Shown: positions 59,301-64,000 of the stretch, piece after piece
Layout of the letters: every line of letters begins with the position of its first letter
Numbering within the stretch: the first letter of the stretch is position 1
From: Candidatus Parcubacteria bacterium
GTDB taxonomy: Bacteria; Patescibacteriota; Patescibacteriia; UBA1558; GWA2-36-10
Assembly: GCA_018669975.1 (NCBI GenBank)
Contig: JABHSK010000009.1
Coordinates: 51,127 to 115,126, forward strand
DNA: 64,000 nucleotides
Direction: 5' to 3'
Position numbers and translations under genes: made by a program
The notes under the pieces: model-generated
What the model was told of the DNA's origin: nothing
Seen by the model: only the letters and a program-made list of their open reading frames with translations
Databases searched by the model: none

Positions 59301-60249
59301 TGTTAACAACCAAGCTTTTAACTAGTCTTGATCGACGAACAAGTTTCTTTTGTTTGGAAAGGATAGCTGTTTCTATTTCTTCTTCTAAATTGTCGTACAA
59401 CTCTTTAAGATTGACCTTGCTCAATAAATCTCTAATCGCTTCTGCACCAATACCAGCTTCAAATACATGGCCATAACGCAAAGATAGTTCTTGATATTTT
59501 GTTTCCGAAATAATTTGTAGTTCTTTAAGTTCTTTAAGTTCTTTAAGAGCTATATCAGCAGCCTCTTCTAGAGTTTTAACCTTGTCTATCTTGGCTACAT
59601 TAAGAACCATTAACTCCTGTTCAATATCTTTTTCAACCTTTCCTTTTGGTTGACCATCTGCAATCATCTTATCACGACGATTATTTATCTCTTGTGTTCT
59701 TTGATTAAACTCATTATCAATTTGTTTACGTTTGCTCTTGAGCTCTGTCTTGATCTGCTCCATAGTTTCCTGACGAGCTGGATTGTCAACTTTGGTTACA
59801 ACAAAAGAAGCAAAGTAAATAACTTTTTCTAAATTCTGAATACTCAAATCTAAAACCAAACCAATCTTTGATGGAATACCACGCAAAAACCAAATATGTG
59901 ATACTGGAGCAGCTAAATCAATATGACCCATACGTTCACGACGCACAATGGCTCTGGTAACTTCTACACCACATTTATCACAAACAATACCCTTGTAACG
60001 GATGCGTTTATATTTACCGCAATAACATTCCCAATCTTTGGTCGGTCCAAAAATCTTTTCGCAAAACAAACCATCTTTTTCGGGTTTTTGTGTCCGATAA
60101 TTAATTGTTTCTGGTTTTACTACTTCGCCAAAAGACCAGTCATGTATGTCTTCTGGTGAGGCTAATCTTAACTTAATGGCATCAAATTCCAGCACAGTAG
60201 TTTTCTCTGCTGCCATGAAAGTTGTTTTTGTTGAAGAAGGAGTAGGCAT
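56365..60249 (-). CDS. rpoC: DNA-directed RNA polymerase subunit beta'
   Basis: 1294 aa; Zn-binding [33 protein letters not shown] catalytic motif, trigger loop, C-terminal ...PAGTGFKG. Confidence 0.97.
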   Translation of the reverse strand: MPTPSSTKTTFMAAEKTTVLEFDAIKLRLASPEDIHDWSFGEVVKPETINYRTQKPEKDGLFCEKIFGPTKDWECYCGKYKRIRYKGIVCDKCGVEVTRAIVRRERMGHIDLAAPVSHIWFLRGIPSKIGLVLDLSIQNLEKVIYFASFVVTKVDNPARQETMEQIKTELKSKRKQIDNEFNQRTQEINNRRDKMIADGQPKGKVEKDIEQELMVLNVAKIDKVKTLEEAADIALKELKELKELQIISETKYQELSLRYGHVFEAGIGAEAIRDLLSKVNLKELYDNLEEEIETAILSKQKKLVRRSRLVKSLVVNKIKPEWMIMTAIPVIPPDLRPMVQLDGGRFASSDLNDLYRRVINRNNRLKRLKDLNAPEVIQRNEKRMLQEAVDALIDNNARHGKTVTASTGQKRTLKSIADMLKGKQGRFRQNLLGKRVDYSGRSVIVIGPHLKLNQCGLPKTMALELFKPFVISRLIKDELVHNVRSANRYIEAGHQEVWAILEEVVKGAHVMLNRAPTLHRLGIQAFQPVLIEGKAIHLHPLVCSAFNADFDGDQMAVHVPLTEDGKKEAAEIMLSSKNLLKPATGEPVAIPSQDMVWGGYYLTFIKEGVKASKAFSDEDEAEKAFNLGIIGLQDPIKVRVERAGENVIETSIGRILLNKILPAKMDYVNKLLDKKGLKDIIADSFRLFPHEETVKLLDNIKNITFKYITASGLSWGMDDIPKLNIKEDLIKEAEKKIEAIKEQYNDGLLTNKERYVKVIEVWTEIKNRITEHGAGIMAPDNSISTIINSGARGSMSQMIQIMGMKGLVINPAGEIIELPVKANFQEGLDVLEYFISTHGTRKGLSDTALRTASAGYLTRRLVDVSQDMVVLETDCKDDEGLILTKEESEKVNEPLFGRVVGRVLAEGIKDKKDKIVVKKGTLITKEVSEQIKDADPEQIRVRAVLTCKSIRGTCQKCYGYDLGHNRLVEMGAAVGVVAAQSIGEPGTQLTMRTFHMGGVAGGDITQGLPRVEELFEARPPKKKAILAPLAGIVSIDDDNKLVSKDPRIIKVKPQGSRIETYDLNKKIEIKVKDGKEIEADQVLFVEDGKEVRTKLNGLVKLTDKEIKVVSQETETQEVIIPAGYNLWIKNKDIVIEGQQITEGSIDLHELFSLQGKLAVQEYIIKEIKNIYSSQGQNLNDKHVELIVKQMFSRLLVKDVGDADLLPGEIITSTQFREANAKVKAKGKKAKGEVLLLGITKASLTSDSFLSAASFQETARVLIDAAITGKVDHLRGLKENVIIGRKIPAGTGFKG

Positions 60250-60272
60250 ATATTTATAGTAATATTATTTAT

Positions 60273-63200
60273 TTACTCGTTGGACTCTTCAGCGTCCCCT
60301 TTGTCAGAATCGCTGGTTATAATTGGTGCTTCTTTCTTGAGAACGTCTTCTATTTTTTTATCAACGTGTTCAATTTTTCTTTCTCTTTCACCAATCAATT
60401 CAACTTCCAGGCCTAGACCTTTTAACTCTCTAACTAGGACGTTAAATGATTCTGGTATATTTAACCTATTAATTGACTCACCTTTAATAATGGCTTCGTA
60501 AGCCTTAGAACGACCTGGTACATCATCAGATTTAATAGTGATCATCTCTTGCAGAGTGCTAGCTGCGCCATAGGCTTCCAATGCCCAAACTTCCATCTCA
60601 CCAAATCTCTGTCCACCAAATTGAGCTTTACCACCCAAAGGTTGTTGAGTAACCAAGGAATAAGGACCAATAGAACGTTGATGTATTTTATCTTCAACCA
60701 AATGATTCAATTTCAACATATAGGCTACACCAACGGTAGTCTTGTTATCAAATGGTTTACCAGCACGACCATCATACAATTGTAGTTTTCCATCTTCTGG
60801 CCAGCCAGCTTTCTTGAGTTCCTTACGGATGGTTTCTTCTGACACACCATTTAGGGCTGGACTAGCAACTTTATAATCCAATGTTCTGGCAGCTAGACCT
60901 AAATGAGTTTCCAATAATTGCCCTAGGTTCATACGAGAAATAACACCTAGAGGATTCAAGATAATATCTACTGGTGTACCGTCGGCTAAGAATGGCATGT
61001 CAGCCTCTGGAACAACTCGGGAAATAACACCTTTATTTCCATGACGTCCGGCCATCTTATCGCCAACTTGTATTTTTCTCAATTGGGCTATAGTAATTTG
61101 AATTGTCTTAATGACACCGGCTGGTAGCTTATCACCCTTATCGCGAGAAAATACTTTAATATCAATAACCCTACCTCTTTCACCGTGTTTTAAATACAGG
61201 GAAGTGTCTCTAACATCTTTAGCTTTTTCACCAAAGATAGCTCTAAGCAGTTTTTCTTCAGCAGATAATTCAGTCTCACCCTTTGGTGTAATCTTACCGA
61301 CTAAAATGTCTCCAGAGGAAACATTAGCTCCAATTCTAACTACACCCTCTCTATCTAAATCTTTTAATTTTTCTTCACTGACATTTGGTATGTCTCTAGT
61401 GATTACTTCTGGCCCCAGTTTAGTATCACGAACATCAATAGAATAATCTTCGATACTAACTGAAGTATAATTATCATTCTTTACAACTCGCTCGGAAACC
61501 AAGATGGCATCTTCATAATTACCACCATCCCAAGTCATATAAGCTACCAACATGTTTTGACCAAGCGCTAGCTCTCCTTGATCGGTAGCAGCACCATCAG
61601 CCAATACATCACCCTTTTTTACTTTTTGTCCCTTATCAACTATTGGGTGCTGGTTCATACTAGTAGAGGTATTTGAACGAGCAAACTTATTTAAATTATA
61701 AGTTGTAGTAACTTTATCTTTGTTGGTTACCTCAATAACCCGACTGTCTACTCTAGTAATCTCGCCAGCCTCCTTAACTATTAAAGCTTGACCAGAGTCA
61801 ATGGCAGCCTTGGCTTCTACGCCAGTGCCCACAATAGGCGCCTGTGGCCTAATCAGAGAAACTGCTTGTCGTTGCATGTTTGTTCCCATCAACGCTCGAA
61901 CAGCATCATCGTGTTCCAAAAATGGAATAAGTGATGTGGCAATACTGATAATCTGATTTGGTGCGACGTCTAACAAATCAATATTTTCTACCTTTTCATA
62001 GGTAGGCTCACCCTTAATTCTAATTTCAGCATAACTATTTATGAAGTGACCATTTTCATCAATCTTAGTAGTAGCAGGAGAGGTATTATACCTTTCTTCT
62101 TCAAAGGCATCCATATAAACAATCTCATTGGTTACCACTGGTTTAATGGGCACTGTTTCTATTTTTTTATTCTTAGCAATCTCCTTGGCCAAGGTAGCAG
62201 TGATAGTGTCTCCGGCAACTACAATAATCTTGCCGCTGGCATCCTTGATATCCTCTCTAGCAATTTTATCAGTAGTTATTTTTACTTCGTTCTCTACATC
62301 GTGTAATACCTTTTTAAATGGAGTCTCAATAAAACCAAAATCGTTAACTTTGGCATAAGCGGCCAAGTGTCCAACTAGACCAATATTTGGACCCTCTGGA
62401 GTAGCAATCGGACAAATTCTACCGTAATGAGTACGATGTACATCACGAACCTCAAAACCAGCTCTTTCGCGAGATAGACCACCAGGACCCATGGCTGACA
62501 AACGACGTTTGTGTTCTAATTCAGCCAAAGGATTAACCTGGTCCATGAATTGTGATAATTGAGAACTCATGAAGAATTCTTTAATCACACCAATAACCGG
62601 CCTAGAATTAATCAACTGATTTGGATTTAAGGCATTAATATCCAATGTGCTCATCCTGTCCTTGATAATTCTTTCCATACGAGCCAAACCAATGCGGAAT
62701 CTATTTTGGACCAACTCACCAATAGCTCTAACTCTTCTGTTTCCTAGGTGATCAATATCGTCAGCGTTGTCCTGTGTTAGGTTGAGTTTAATAATTTCTT
62801 TAATAACTAAAATCAAATCCTCTTTTCTAAGGATTCTTGTTTTTTTGTTATTTGGCAGATCCAAACTAAAACGAGCGTTTATTTTATATCTACCAACTCT
62901 ACCAAAATCATATCGATCAAAATCGAAAAACATGGAGTGGATTAAACTACGAGCATTATCAGTGGTGGCCAAGTCTCCTGGTCTAATACGACGATAAACC
63001 TCTTTAAGTCCTTCTGCTTCATTTTTAGAAGTATCTTTCTCTAAGGTATTTTTTATAAAACTAACCTCAGGATGTGTATCTACATCCTTAAATAGTCCCA
63101 TTATTTCTTCATCTGTAAAATAACCAAAAGCTCTAAGTAAGGCTGTAATAGGTAGCTTTCTCTTTCGGTCTATTTTTACATATATAATATTATTGAGGTC

Positions 63201-63710
63201 TGTTTCTATTTCTAACCAAGCACCACGATTTGGAATAATCTTAGCACCATAGTGTTTTCTACCACGTAGAATTTCTGAAGTAAAAAATACACCAGCACTA
63301 CGAATCAACTGAGAAACAACCACTCTCTCTACTCCATTGATAATAAAAGTACCGCGATCAGTCATTAGTGGAAAATCCCCTAGGTACACCTCTTGCTCTT
63401 TTACCTCGTTACTCCTCTTGTTTACCAAGCGGACATTTACTCTGAGTGGAGCCTCATAGGTAACGTTTTTATTTTTGGCAGTAACCTCATCAAACTTTGG
63501 TTCATCCAAATAATAATCTAGAAAATAAAGTTCTAGATCACGACCAATAAAATCTTTAATTGGGGAGATTTCGTCAAAAAGTTCCTTTAGACCTTCGGAA
63601 AAAAACCAATCATTGGATTTTTTCTGCACTTCAATTAAGTCGGTCAAAGGAATAGCCTCTCGTAACGTGGTGAAATACTTACGAGATACGGAAGTTTTTA
63701 CTTGGGGCAT
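60273..63710 (-). CDS. rpoB: DNA-directed RNA polymerase subunit beta
   Basis: 1145 aa; Rif-cluster region FFGSSQLSQFMDQVNPL, GDKMAGRHGNKGVISR, C-terminal clamp. Confidence 0.97.
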   Translation of the reverse strand: MPQVKTSVSRKYFTTLREAIPLTDLIEVQKKSNDWFFSEGLKELFDEISPIKDFIGRDLELYFLDYYLDEPKFDEVTAKNKNVTYEAPLRVNVRLVNKRSNEVKEQEVYLGDFPLMTDRGTFIINGVERVVVSQLIRSAGVFFTSEILRGRKHYGAKIIPNRGAWLEIETDLNNIIYVKIDRKRKLPITALLRAFGYFTDEEIMGLFKDVDTHPEVSFIKNTLEKDTSKNEAEGLKEVYRRIRPGDLATTDNARSLIHSMFFDFDRYDFGRVGRYKINARFSLDLPNNKKTRILRKEDLILVIKEIIKLNLTQDNADDIDHLGNRRVRAIGELVQNRFRIGLARMERIIKDRMSTLDINALNPNQLINSRPVIGVIKEFFMSSQLSQFMDQVNPLAELEHKRRLSAMGPGGLSRERAGFEVRDVHRTHYGRICPIATPEGPNIGLVGHLAAYAKVNDFGFIETPFKKVLHDVENEVKITTDKIAREDIKDASGKIIVVAGDTITATLAKEIAKNKKIETVPIKPVVTNEIVYMDAFEEERYNTSPATTKIDENGHFINSYAEIRIKGEPTYEKVENIDLLDVAPNQIISIATSLIPFLEHDDAVRALMGTNMQRQAVSLIRPQAPIVGTGVEAKAAIDSGQALIVKEAGEITRVDSRVIEVTNKDKVTTTYNLNKFARSNTSTSMNQHPIVDKGQKVKKGDVLADGAATDQGELALGQNMLVAYMTWDGGNYEDAILVSERVVKNDNYTSVSIEDYSIDVRDTKLGPEVITRDIPNVSEEKLKDLDREGVVRIGANVSSGDILVGKITPKGETELSAEEKLLRAIFGEKAKDVRDTSLYLKHGERGRVIDIKVFSRDKGDKLPAGVIKTIQITIAQLRKIQVGDKMAGRHGNKGVISRVVPEADMPFLADGTPVDIILNPLGVISRMNLGQLLETHLGLAARTLDYKVASPALNGVSEETIRKELKKAGWPEDGKLQLYDGRAGKPFDNKTTVGVAYMLKLNHLVEDKIHQRSIGPYSLVTQQPLGGKAQFGGQRFGEMEVWALEAYGAASTLQEMITIKSDDVPGRSKAYEAIIKGESINRLNIPESFNVLVRELKGLGLEVELIGERERKIEHVDKKIEDVLKKEAPIITSDSDKGDAEESNE

Positions 63711-64000
63711 AGCAATTTTGCTAATTATTTAAATTAGCCGCTAAGTGCGGACTTGATTATATCAAACAAATATAAAATTAAAATAAGGGCGCAAAAAAAT
63801 AAACTCACCCAGTCTTAGGGTCAGTTCTCAGTTCTTTTTATAGGTTAAAATAGGTCGCTCGGCAAAATTTGCATGACTAAATGCTACCAAAATTTTAGTC
63901 CTTTGTCAAGGACTTTGACGCTTTTTAGAAAATTCTTGTTAAAAAATTACTATTTTTGTCTAATATTAGCCAAATTTATGCTATATACATTTTAAAAAAA

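Noticed and set aside
56365-63710. Inteins or large lineage-specific insertions in rpoB/rpoC (also polA, recA)
   Set aside because: Protein lengths (1145, 1294, 908, 340 aa) and motif spacing are ordinary. There is no Hint/endonuclease block.

Overview
Low-GC (about 30-35%) bacterial chromosomal segment with small genes and short intergenic regions. From the gene content alone I infer it comes from a reduced-genome bacterium of the Patescibacteria/CPR type; that lineage call is a guess. Most of the window is core machinery on both strands. Replication, recombination and transcription: rpoB and rpoC (minus strand, 56.4-63.7 kb), ftsK, recA, polA plus holA, nusA, rarA, ruvC, yebC, and DNA alkylation repair. 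Translation and protein folding: tig, truB, rpsT, and tRNA-Glu, tRNA-Cys, tRNA-Leu, tRNA-Gly. Cell wall and membrane: glmS, PBP1A, and a membrane H+-pyrophosphatase. Three cell-envelope glycan or lipid loci are interleaved. (1) 4.0-11.7 kb: three SAM methyltransferases, a glycosyltransferase-methyltransferase fusion, a GT2 polyprenol-phosphate glycosyltransferase, a CarS/CdsA-like small CTP-transferase next to a CDP-alcohol phosphatidyltransferase, and a polytopic membrane protein. (2) 37.8-43.6 kb: three large polytopic membrane proteins plus a methyltransferase. (3) 46.5-52.1 kb: solute-binding lipoprotein, galU, Wzy-like and Wzx-like genes. An alpha-glucan cluster (29.5-36.3 kb) carries two glgA paralogs, a GH57 enzyme, a GalT-like transferase and two kinases. 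The most unusual region is 43.6-46.5 kb. It holds a GC-rich (about 50%) lipoprotein gene under a perfect sigma70 consensus promoter, which looks horizontally acquired. Convergent to it is a tandem array of four divergent paralogous small secreted two-helix proteins (pilin-like, VirB2/TrbC-type architecture); one has its own consensus promoter and one carries a Cys-rich C-terminal module. No CRISPR array, transposase or integrase was seen. All product calls rest on motif recognition in the supplied translations; no database searches were possible.
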